A stretch of DNA of 37,681 nt from assembly GCA_020536535.1 (NCBI GenBank), contig JAHLWZ010000698.1, positions 1-37,681 on the forward strand, given 5' to 3'. Of the stretch, positions 1 to 17,407 are shown piece after piece. The translations under genes and the position numbers were made by a program. The notes under the pieces are model-generated. The model ran no database searches. It was not told the origin of the DNA and saw only the letters and a program-made list of their open reading frames with translations. Origin of the DNA: Pelomyxa schiedti (Eukaryota; Protista; Evosea). Position 1 is the stretch's first letter. The number at the start of each line of letters is the position of its first letter.

Positions 1-326
1 CTCCCATTGTCGGTGCGGGAATCTATCAAGGTTCCTGCTGCTGTGCATATTGAGGAAGCCCTGGTAGGTTGCCTCTAATCTCCGCCATCTAACATTTTTG
101 AAAGATTGCCAAAACGGGGTGGGGGGGATGAGAGGGATGTTTTTGCTTACACGGGAGGATGCAGGGCTGCCCACAGAGCAGCAGGCTCGGTGTCGGGGGG
201 GAACCCGAACCCACACAGAGTGAACGGCGGCAGCACAACGCGGTGCGGCTCGTCTGGGTCGCGTGCACCCGCAGGGGCGGGCACGGGGAGGACGTGCACT
301 TTCGCGGGATTGTGTGGAGTGCCCAT
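1..326 (-). CDS. 5' part of a hypothetical protein gene (continues beyond window start)
   Basis: ATG at 326 opens MGTPHNPAKVHVLPVPAP...LHPPV. A GTAAGC...TTAG intron (150-89, 62 nt) follows, then an open exon WRRLEATYQGFLNMHSSRNLDRFPHRQWE to the window edge. No family recognised. Confidence 0.5.
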
Positions 327-817
327 CGTTGTCTTTTGTGGCTTTCTAAATTAAACCCCTTTTATGTTAAGACTAGGATGTGAGAGCCCCCTGAGGAAAC
401 AAGCTCAGAATCACTTCGAGAGTAAGCACGCAGTAGTTGGCACAGTTAATTTGCGGTGCAGGCTTGCCAATGTCTCAAACTGCCAAATTGAGATCTAGAA
501 TTTTCTGTTGCAACTCTAACATAAAAAAAAAAAAAACTTCGAGCACGCAAGTGCCGCAAACAACAACATGCGTGTTATGGCGACTGTGTTTACGGTTCCA
601 TCGTAGATCTGTGGCTGTTGAGCGCCACATCTGGTTTGTTTCCATCCCCAAAAGAACCGCACCAAAAATTAAAAAAAAACACTCAAACAAAGCATATCAC
701 GCATCGCGATAACAACTACATAACTCTCATCCATTTTCGTAGTCACCCTAAATGAACACACTCCGCACTTACTTTTGTGCTATCGTATTTTCCGCTGCAA
801 TCAGGCACCGCTCTCAA

Positions 818-1647
818 GCAAGGTAGTCTTTATTATTCACACCATTATAACCCACATACTAATATATTAAAAAGTTACTCTCGAATGGTGGTAATCTGAT
901 GGAAATGGTCACTCACTTTCCACAAAGAGATTACACTCTCAATATCAGCAAAATCTCGCGAAATCGGTGCTGGACCGCCGGTGATGGAGTTCTTTGGGGA
1001 GTTATTGGGTAGTGGTTGGTGCACGGCATGGAGTCCCACCCCACTTNNNNNNNNNNNNNNNNNNNNNNNNNNNNNNNNNNNNNNNNNNNNNNNNNNNNNN
1101 NNNNNNNNNNNNNNNNNNNNNNNNNNNNNNNNNNNNNNNNNNNNNNTGCACACCCAGTTTCACCCCTTGGCTCTGAATGATCCGCGGGAACCCACCAACA
1201 GCCCCCAACAACAACAACCATGCACTACACAGTCACCATCCAATCCGTGATCACCAACCAGCAACAAACCCACAACTTCCTCCTGTGTTTTTCCATTTCC
1301 CGCCTCACTGCAAGGTAGTCTTTATTATTCACACCATTACTAACCTAATCTCAGAGCCCGATTTGGACTTGTCATCCTCTATTATCAAATGACATCAAAC
1401 CCTTCTTCTTCCTTCAAAAGCCCAGCAGCAAAATCTCGCGAAATCGGTGCTGGACCGCCGGTGATGGAGTTCTTTGGGGAGTTATTGGGTAGTGGTTGGT
1501 GCACGGCATGGAGTCCCACCCCACTTTGCACACCCAGTTTCACCCCTTGGCTCTGAATGATCCGCGGGAACCCACCAACAGCCCCCAACAACAACAACCA
1601 TGCACTACACAGTCACCATCCAATCCGTGATCACCAACCAGCAACAA
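818..1647. repeat. Tandem direct repeat, unit ~380-390 bp (two copies)
   Basis: A 222-bp block at 1426-1647 is identical to 946-1046 + 1147-1267 (interrupted only by the N gap). The 30-nt block gcaaggtagtctttattattcacaccatta occurs at 818-847 and 1310-1339. Confidence 0.85.
1047..1146. other. Assembly gap (100 N placeholder)
   Basis: 100 N. The flanks (ccactt | tgca) are contiguous in the second repeat copy at 1521-1530. Confidence 0.98.
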
Positions 1648-1702
1648 GAGATTTTGAAATTTTTTGCTTTTTGGGTTTGAAACGAAAATCAGCAACGCCC
1701 GG

Positions 1703-2548
1703 AACTCGGGACTTGGGGTAAAATGCCAAAACGACCGTTGTGTGGGGAGTCACAGTTTGAAAGTGGTGGGTCACAGTGTGCCCACCACACTTCCTTGTTA
1801 TTTTGTCCACAGTCGATGTACACTGGCATTTCATTCTCAAGCTGTTGCCAGCAACACCGACCAACCACACCCACCCATGCCATTAACCGCCGTCGAACCA
1901 CCCGCACCCGCCCCCACACTCCAAGGCTGAGCAAAAACAAAATGATGAAAATTTTCTGAGGAAAACGGGACGCACTGGTGCGTGAAAAAAAGCACCAGCG
2001 TGTGCGAAAAGCGCAGAGATTTTTGGCGGGTGCGTGGACGCACCAAAAGAGAAAAGTGCGTGGGCCTGGTTCTCCACACTGGGGCCTCCAAGTTGGCGGG
2101 AAGTGCGCAGCCCAGGCAGACCGTCGATGGGGCTGCCCGGGGAGCGTGTTTCCAGGACACACCAAGGCTCCATAGCCGAGAAAAACGACGCACAAAATCG
2201 AATTTTTGGTGCGTCCGCGCACCCGCCGTCCTTTTTTGTCACGCACCGATATTTTTACAAGACGCCGAAAACCCATCAAAAAAAAACTTCGGGGGTGGGT
2301 TTCGTTCTGAACGTCGTGTGTGACCATGCTTTTCTTGTTGGAGGGAGAAAAACGGGGAGGGTGTGGCCTCGATCACGGGGGTGCGGCAGCTTTGTTTGGG
2401 TGTCAGGACAATTCCACCACTGTTCGGGAGTGTGACGTCTTCTAAAATCACTGCAACACGACAGTGTGGGCAACACACATTGTTCACATGTTTCTTGTTG
2501 TCACAGAGGAAACCAGTGTTTTTTGTATTTTACCCCAAGTCCCGGGTT
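1703..2548. repeat. Large degenerate inverted repeat (palindrome, possibly MITE/foldback-like), centre ~2126
   Basis: Inverted pairs at 1703-1724/2527-2548 (21/22 match), 2025-2048/2204-2227 (23/24) and 2111-2119/2133-2141 (8/9), all symmetric about ~2126. Confidence 0.75.
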
Positions 2549-2578
2549 GTTCTGTGAACACGACTACACATCAAGGTG

Positions 2579-5500
2579 ATGCGCAGAAACGACGGGAGTA
2601 GGGAGGGGCAGGTGCCTGTTGTACAGTGCGTTGTAATCGGCGAAGAGTCTTGTGTATCCGCGGTGTTCAACGACCTAGTGGCACGCGGCATCACCCCAGA
2701 CGCGGAGCAGCAGGGTCAAGGCGACCTCACCGTCATCATCCCTGACCAAGATCCCTGCTGCTACTCCAACCCCGAAAGCGACTCCCTACCCCGAACAGCA
2801 CGGGGAATGGTGCAATTAGGGGACGCCGGCGGGACGACGAGGAGGAGAGTGAAGGTCAGGTTGCACAGGAATCGGTGTGTGGTCGGCCCCGAGGCGGTCC
2901 AGGACGACACAAGTATCCATGCTGGCGGGACCGGCGATATTATTATGGGACGTGGTGGTGGTGGTGATGACGCCGATGCGGTTGTTGTTGTGGTAATGAG
3001 TTCCTCTGGCGGTTCAATATACCTCGATGAAATGCTGTCCAGGGTGTATCACTGTGGAAATTCTTATTTTGACGCCATTGCAAACGCTGCTACCAAAGCC
3101 AGGAATCTGTTGCTTGTGGATTATGGGATTTCCACTGAACGGAAAGACATGGAGAACAGCTTAGCTGCGGCGTTTTCGGTGAACTATCCTATCCTGCAAT
3201 ATCTTACCACAATCTCACACCAAATCGCAACAAACAGATCGGCGCATTCAAGTTGTTGAACGGGATCAAAAAGGAAGGGCAACCATGCACACCACCGGGA
3301 TTATTCCGCTCGATACTCGAAACTGCAAGGCTCCCCGGTTACGGTTTACCTCAATTACAGTTTTTGCATTCATCACAAAAATGCATAGAGTCAGTTTTGC
3401 CACCTGGAACTGGACTCGAGATAATGCGCATGTCCCCGTCAACAGTGCGGAGCAAATTTCTTCCCATTTTTTCAGAGCCAAATTGTCTGGGTGGTCCAAA
3501 TCGCATGTTGGTTTATGCCCTGAAAAGATGGATTCAAGTGAAAAACTGGCCAGCAGTAACTGAACTGATACTGGCAAAAGCAATGCAAATATCTCGTGTT
3601 AAACTTGATGGCCTGAATTTGAAATCAGTTCCAGAGCAGCTTTCAGGAATCACATGTCAGAAACTGGATCTTTGCAGTTCTATCACTCAACTTCCACAGT
3701 GGCTTACTCATGCCAAAATGCGGGAGATTGTCTCGATTGACAAAAAAAAAACGTGGCATAGGCACCACATGCTCTTTGGAGAGTCTCCCACGTGGCAAAA
3801 TGAACTCAAACTTATTTGCTTTGGGGACCAGATTCGCTTGCAAGAAGATGTCTTGAACTGCTTGAAGGACAAAAGACACAAACTGAAGTTGAACTTCCAA
3901 ATAAAGGACAACCAACCAGCACCAGCCGTCATCAACGTGCAGCATGATTTCAAGATGCCCGGTCTACGTTTATACTCATGGACAGTATGGAGCTTGGGTG
4001 TGCATTCTTTCCTCTCTCTCCATCACCACCAAATCCACTAATTTATCCCCACTCAGGTGAAAAATGCCACCTGTTTTTGCCGTGCTTCTTCTGCAGCAAC
4101 TCTGTTTTCCTGGTGTTCTGCGATTTTTTACAATTCCATCCAGATGACAGTGATCCACCAAAGAGATTGTTCTTCTGGCTTGATGAAATATCCAGGTGCT
4201 GGAGTCAATCCAACGTTCCCCAGAACGCCCAAATTATCCTTGTTGTGTTTGGCAAAGTGTTTTCTGACATCCAGAAAAAACTTTCACGAACGGTGTACCC
4301 CTTCTTTCAATTTGACCGTTTCAAGAACCTCACTCTTCGTGCAGTTTCTGTTATCAACTACTTCAAGGGTTATGAGTGGTTCTCTGATTCCACTCCATTC
4401 TCCTTCAACACAGATTCTACATCCACACCCATCACAGGAAAGCAAGTTGGGAAGATATCTCAAGTTCTGGGAAGTATTGCCGGGGAAACCTCAACGTTAG
4501 TTTCACCAAGATGGGTTGCATTCTCCAAGAGGCTGAGGGTGGTGAGGGAAAGCATCATGAAGTGGACTGACTTTGCTCAAATGGCTGCTTCATGTGGTGT
4601 TGGAGCTCTGTGTGGCGTCAATCCAGAAGTTGATCTTGAGATGTGTTGTGATTTCCTGGCGGACACAGGATCCATCATCCACTTCAGGCATCCCCTATGG
4701 TCAAACTCATCCCATCAAAACCTGTCTCAGTTCGTTGTTCTCAAGCCAGAGTGGTTCAACAAGCAGTTATCTGACATGACTGAATATCTGAGGGGCATCA
4801 CTTTTGACAATCTCATAACGGCTGTTGAGGAGCTCCGGCACAGTGATGATACAGATCCCGCCACATGTGCTCAAAAGAAGGAAGCACTGCAATCAACTGG
4901 CTGACTGTGCCCAGAAAATCTTATTGGGAGTACAATTTCAGACTCAGATGCCAGGAATTAGCTCTTGGATGTCATCCCTTCTTCAGGAACTGCACCTGGC
5001 GTTCATGTGCGACGAAGTTCCTCACCTTTCCTTCTGTCTACTGCCTGACTCCCGTATCACTGGTACACATTTCGTGCCTGAGAGACTAATGACTTCAGTA
5101 TGGGGACTTTCTAGGAAGTTTAACATCAGCAATGACAAAATCGTTGTAACTGGGAGATCCTTCCGTTTTGAAAATATTCACGAAGGGATGCTCACACAAC
5201 TGATGAACATGGCCCGGCAGATACCAGGAGTTCAGCCAGAGGTGTTTTGGAAGACAGGCCTGTGGGTGTCAAAGAAGTGTGAGGGGGGCAAACAGGATCT
5301 TCTCATCACTGAGCAGGCTGGGGAGTCAATCAACATGTTCATGAGAACATCCTTTTCTTCGTCGGTTGAATCCCATGACTCGCTCTCGTTTGGGGTCAAC
5401 CTGGGAGCCCATGTGTTGATGTGGTTGAACAGATTTTTCCAAGTCAACAACCTCCCGGCAGTGCAGTCCTTCCCCTGTCCCCATTGCCTCATGAATAAAA

Positions 5501-6775
5501 TTAGGGTAGAGGGAGAGGAAGTGAACTACTTTCAAGAGGATGTGCTGAAGGCTGCACTGGACCAAACAAGTGACCTTAAGTGCCCCAGAGGTGAAGAAAG
5601 GGATCCCCGCATGACACTTACGGACATTGCTCCTGAGCTTTCTTACCTGACGATTGGCCCACCGTCCACTGATTCTGGCAACATCTTGATTTACGAAGGC
5701 GAGAATGTGCCAGTGGCCTTGGAGACAATATTGCCCATGATTTCTGTTTTGAGGGAGATTCCCCGGCGTAAACTTGTGAACTACACTGGTGCTCGCGTTG
5801 TGGAACAAAGTTGTGGGTAGTGTCTGAGCAAATACCTCTTCAATTTCCTCCAAACCACCTTTTCCCAGAGAGCCTTCAGAGCTGCCTCAGGGGTACATCA
5901 CTCAACCTGAGGGACCTGTTGATGAAATCTTCTACAGAGGTGTCATCGTTCATTGGGAGTATCTTGACAATGAGTTTGAGGCAGAAGATTCTGAGAGACG
6001 TTGCCAAGGGACTTGAGCACCTACACTCTCAACATCCTCCTCTCGTTCACGATGGACTGTTCCTTGAAGATGGTTCGTTGACTTTGTTCTCCCACCGCAA
6101 CCAACAACTCTCCCAACAGGATGCATTTGGATCACATCGCTTCAGGAATCAGGAGGAACAACCGGACCTTGGGCAAAGGTTGTTATCTTCCGTCTATGTG
6201 AATAATATATAGTTAGTATATGTCCGGTAACCAGTAATTGAACAGCTTGGATTCTTTGGATGCACTCCACCGCAAGGTCCGGACACGACCCCTCAAATCC
6301 AAAAACACCAACAACGACGAATCTATGCCGGGTCCCATAATTCGCACCTGCGGAAGCGACCCCAAAACGGACGTGTGGAACTTTGGTGTGTGTTGCCGCC
6401 CTCTCCCTCTCTTGTAACAACCCAACACACAAACACAACACAGGTGTTCTTGTGCGGCAGGTTGTCGACCCACTGAACCCCCTGCAGCGAGTGCGGGTGA
6501 CATCAGGGCACCCCGCCGGGAGATTCCATGCCCACCCACACCCGTCGGCTAGGCTTCCGTGGCCCCAGCCGCACACCATCGCAGTGGAGCCACAACGCCT
6601 GGCCACAGTGGCTGCTGTCAAGACGGGCTGCAGTATTGTGCCCATCTTCCGCAAGTCGGCACCCAGATGGGCCAAGGCGCTCATGACCTTGTGTTGGACT
6701 GTGAACCCCGCGTCAAGACCCTCGATGTGCAACCTCCTCAATGCATGGGACTACTTTGGTGACTGCATGTTTTAG
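2579..6775 (+). pseudogene. Roco-family gene (degenerate small-GTPase-like N-terminus, LRR, degenerate Roc, COR, degenerate TKL-type kinase); frame-disrupted, probable pseudogene
   Basis: LRR-like KLDGLNLKSVPEQL...SITQLPQWL. Roc-like KLICFGDQ / WSLGGEK...FFCSNSVFLVFCD / RLFFWLDEI / IILVVFGK. COR-like CDFLADTGSIIHF...LSQFVVLKPEWF. Kinase-like ILRDVAKGLEHLHSQHPPLVH, GPWAKV, DVWNFG, LMTLCWTVNPASRPS. Some GT-AG introns rejoin frames (e.g. 3179-3237), but a TGA at 4902-4904 and a frameshift at ~5805 are not cleanly explained by introns. Confidence 0.7.
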
Positions 6776-6991
6776 GTAGCCAAAAAAAAAAACCCATCTA
6801 AAGGGTTTTTGATACCTCACTAGAGGTTACAATCTCTTTTGAGCAGCATAACATAACATAACAAGAAAAGGAAAGAAAAATGTTTGGTTTGTTTTTAACA
6901 ACACAAGTGGACATGTTGAAGTGGGTGGAATAGGGGCAAGGGGTGTTGGATGCTGCAGATGATGTTGGGGCGTTCTCGTAGTGGGATTGTG

Positions 6992-9597
6992 TTACATGTC
7001 GATGTACTGTGGGCCACCAAGCTCAGGAACTGTCCACGCAATATTCTGTGTTGTTTGAGCAAAAGGAATTCGGTTGTGATTGGGGATAGAATCACCTGTG
7101 TGGGGTCCTTAATGTCACAGGACTTGCAGTGTAAGCAGTTAGAAGCATTTATTACATGCTTCACGCGGCCGTCATTCCCATCCTTCACATATTCATATAC
7201 ACCGGCTGGACAGAATCTGGAATCAATTCCACCATAAGCCTGCATGCAATGGTTATTTGTTTGTAAGTGAGGAAAGCAAATGTAAAGGGCGCCGACCTTC
7301 AGGTTTACTTCTAATGGAACGGATTTATCACGCAGCACCAAGTGAGTAGGTTGGTCTTCAGGGTGCAAAGTGCCACTCTTTGACAGAGCGGTGCTCTTAG
7401 AGAAGGTAATTTTTTCATCCGGCCTGGGGTATTCTGTTTGTTTGTATGAGGATATTGTTGACTAAAGAATGCTTTTAACCTGTTGGCACAAATTTCCAAG
7501 CCGGCTTGGTCATTTCGTGGTCCATTTCACTTATCTTTAGAGTGATTGGTAATTTACCACGTAAAATGAATGTATCCGCAGCACTCCATCCAAGGAAAGG
7601 CAAAAGACCAAAATGCCTGAATGTTGGACGAAGATTTCTGACTTCCTGATGGTGTGGTGAACACAGTTTATTGTAGTGACATCCTACCTTGAGTTCTTTC
7701 CAGATCCAAGAAGATCTCACAGCTCTGTCATATCCAGAAAGGTCTGGTGGTTCCTTTGTGGAAGAGGAATTATTGTTACTTTTTTTCAGAGCTTCAAAAG
7801 CCGCCTCAGCTGCAAGGATGCCTGTGAGAAGAAATATAAGCAATATTGTAGAATAAAAAAAGCGCGTGCCAGATTTCATAGCCGTGTGCGCTCCTTTTAT
7901 TTTCGCCACATTCATAAACCCAGCAGAGGCACCAACAAGAGCACCTCCAGGGAAATGCAATCTGAAACTAGTCAGAAATGGGTCTTCCCCACTAAAGGAT
8001 TACTGTGGGACTGCCTGTAAACCGCCTTCTGAGAGCGTGCGAGCCCCAAACTGGATGCACTCACTATTCTTGAGCATATTGGTCAGTGCACGTTGCCTTT
8101 TAAAACGCTGGAATTCTTGAAAAGGGTCAATGTAGGGGTTACAGTAATCAAGTCCAGCTACGTAACCCAGTGACACCTACAAGTGTTACAAAATAAGGAG
8201 TCTTTGTTGCATACCAAGTTGTTGTGCATGTGGTATTCAAATGACCCACCCCATGTTGTGTTACTCATTGGCCATCCCGTGGTATGCACTACCCTCCCTC
8301 TGTGATGAAACTTGTCCGGTACACGCCATAGCTGGATTCTTTTTAGTTTTTTGCCCTTTTCCAAGCGGTTTATACCTCCTTGAATCCTATTCCATATGAC
8401 TGTGGACTACTTTTTGCGCGAAGGTTGTACTTCTTCATAACTGCCTCAGATAGTGATCCGTGGCACCCCTCAGCCAGAAGAGTAATGCGGCCGTGAAGAT
8501 TCATACCGTCTTGAAAAGATTCCTGCATTTCCTCCTAAGAGCATGCACTTGGCTTAATAATGAGATGTCACCTTTTTTTTGCCATCCTTTGAACGACCAC
8601 TGTCTGTTGTTTTCACACCAGAAATAACACCGTTGTTGAGGAGAACCTGTTACTAGTTAGGAGCAATAACGTTATGGAATTCAACATCGGCAGCCGCAAA
8701 ACCAGGATAGACTTCAACTCCAATTCCTGTTGCAATCTCAGCGAGCCACCTACGAAACAATGAGAAAACCTTGTTTCCCTCTACCGATGGGAAGTAGTAT
8801 ACTTGCACACATTTCCCAAACTGACGATGATATTTCCCCGGTTCTTGGTTGTTGGAGGAATAGGCATTCTTTGGGGAAATGAAACGAGTGAGATACAAAC
8901 GATCAAGGGAAGGAAAACCTGAGTCGAGGGAGTTGCGGGCCTGGTAATAAATAGAACTTATCTTGCGTGCACCAGGAATATTCAGGAGGCTGTTTTGAAA
9001 TTGGCTTACTATGTTGCAAGTTTCTTTGTACCCAAACTTGCCTTTGCCTCTTGCCATTTTGGGATTAATTCATCCAGCACACTAGCCTGGAGCACACACC
9101 CAGATATAGTATGCAAACCTGGTGGCATTTCCAGGGTGAAATCATTGGCCAAAGGCAATCAATTTGAGTGTTTCGTGTTTTGTGTTTTGGTGTTTCAAGT
9201 GGGTGCGATATCAACGTACCTATTTGTGGAGCCTTATCAATGACACACACAGAGAAATCATCACCCGACTTCGCGCACAGCTGTTTTAATCTGATGGCAG
9301 CAGCAAGGCCAGCAGGGCCTCCCCCAACAACAACAACATCATATTTCATATCTCCTCCCCCTGTCCCAGTATCATTAGCCATGCTTATCAAACAAATTAA
9401 AAGACAAACAAATAAAAATAAAATAACGCAGCGACTCCAACAAAAAGTCAACACATGCCGTTGTCCTCAGCCTTCCCCTGTGACGATGACGTCATTGCGC
9501 GTCGATGACGTGGACGACGAAGTGGGGCAGGCCACGCGCCCAATGCCATGCCACCAAATCCCACAATTGACAACGTCCCTGCCCACGCGCACTGCAT
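6992..9597 (-). CDS. ETFDH: Electron transfer flavoprotein:(ubi)quinone oxidoreductase, multi-exon
   Basis: Spliced motifs: YDVVVVGGGPAGLAAAIRLKQL (FAD binding), GVEVYPGFAA, LLAEGCHGSL, FPGGALVGASAGFMNVAKIKGAHTAMKSG, and 4Fe-4S RFCPAGVYE...NCLHCKSCDIKDP, ending GGPQYIDM* (TAA 6992-6994). Start at 9597 is inferred. Confidence 0.93.
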
Positions 9598-9761
9598 CTT
9601 ATTCCTGCAACAACGACACGATGCTCCCTCTGTATTTCGTAGGGCAACAACACGGAAAGAGAAAAAAAAAGTGTTTCCAGGAAGAGGATCAGCATTGATC
9701 TGGGGGTGTGATTTGTACAACAAACTGATGACGAGGAGTGAGCTGAGGTTGGGGGTCAAAA

Positions 9762-16379
<6,618 letters not shown>

Positions 16380-16717
16380 AATGATGTCGACTAGACGAAT
16401 CCGGGCAATGCCCTCGTGTGTATTGCCGATCAAGAGATGTGTTGATTGGGTTTTTTTTCCCTTTCCTGTGTGAGAACCTTTCCAAAGCGTGACACTGGCC
16501 AGTCGGGGTCGCTCCTCCCACAATAGAGGGCAAGGTACATGTTCCGTAGGAACTTCCTGCAGGCTGCCGCTCCTGTGTTTTGCTGTTGAAGTTCCTTTCG
16601 AAATCAAATAACAACAAGCAAGGAGGCGACGGTATCGGAGATCCGGGGTCGTACACAACAGACATACAAACAACAAACACAGCAACATAAACAAGTACAC
16701 ACAAAGGGAGGGGGGAG

Positions 16718-17282
16718 ATGAACTTTGAGGAGCTAGCAAAGGCGTTCGTGCCGCACTTTGTTGGTCTTTTTGACAGCAACAGAGCGGGGCTGAGTACATT
16801 GTTCACGGCGGAGAGCATGATGTCGCTTGAGGGCCAGCGCATCCAAGGCGTCCAACAAATCATGGCCAGCCTCTCCGGCCTCCCTGTGTGTTTTGTTTTT
16901 TTTCTTACTTTTTCCACTGCGTATCTTTCTAATAATGTAAATAACACCGTGCGCGGAAAAATTGTTTTCTAAAGAAAAAGTAACACCGTCTATTTATATT
17001 TATTTCGATCCATTAACCTTCTTTTTATTTTTATTTTCTTTGTAGCCAATAAAGCACAGCGTACAAACATTCGACTCTCAACCTTCTATGGGAAATGGTA
17101 TGTATTGTTTGCGTACTTGTTTAGCCATGTCTAAATACGTCCAAGGTGTAATCATCTTTGTATCTGGTAACATAAATGTCAATGGGGCTGATATGAAGTG
17201 CAGTGAAGTCTTCAACCTGATGCCCGGTGCCACTCAAGGATCCTTCTACATCCTCAACTATGTCTTCAGAACAAACCGCTAA
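16718..17282 (+). CDS. NTF2: Nuclear transport factor 2 (NTF2) family protein, 3 exons
   Basis: MNFEELAKAFVPHFVGLFDSNRAGLSTLF...MSLEGQRIQGVQQI...FDSQPS...IIFVSGNI...SEVFNL...FYILNYVFR matches NTF2 size and motifs, with two GT-AG introns. Confidence 0.88.
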
Positions 17283-17407
17283 TTCGGCCACAACCACAAC
17301 TTCCCCACACAAACCAAAACAACCAAACAAATGAATTCCACACTCAAACTCTCCAGAAAATAGAACAGAATTTATAATTCCCCACCAAGGAGATAACTTG
17401 TATTTTA

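Noticed and set aside
981-1176. C/D-box snoRNA (GTGATGG ... CTGA) within the repeat core
   Set aside because: Box C is imperfect, there is no terminal stem flanking the boxes, and no recognisable rRNA guide.
818-1647. CRISPR-like repeat/spacer array
   Set aside because: Only two copies, units of hundreds of bp, eukaryotic context, no cas genes.
1631-2557. Numerous overlapping 60-210 aa ORFs on both strands
   Set aside because: No recognisable motifs; they lie in the GC-rich palindromic non-coding region.
4902-4904. In-frame TGA in the Roco gene as genetic-code reassignment or selenocysteine
   Set aside because: TGA terminates NMD3, IPO9 and MRE11 here, Trp is encoded by TGG, and the same gene has independent frameshifts.
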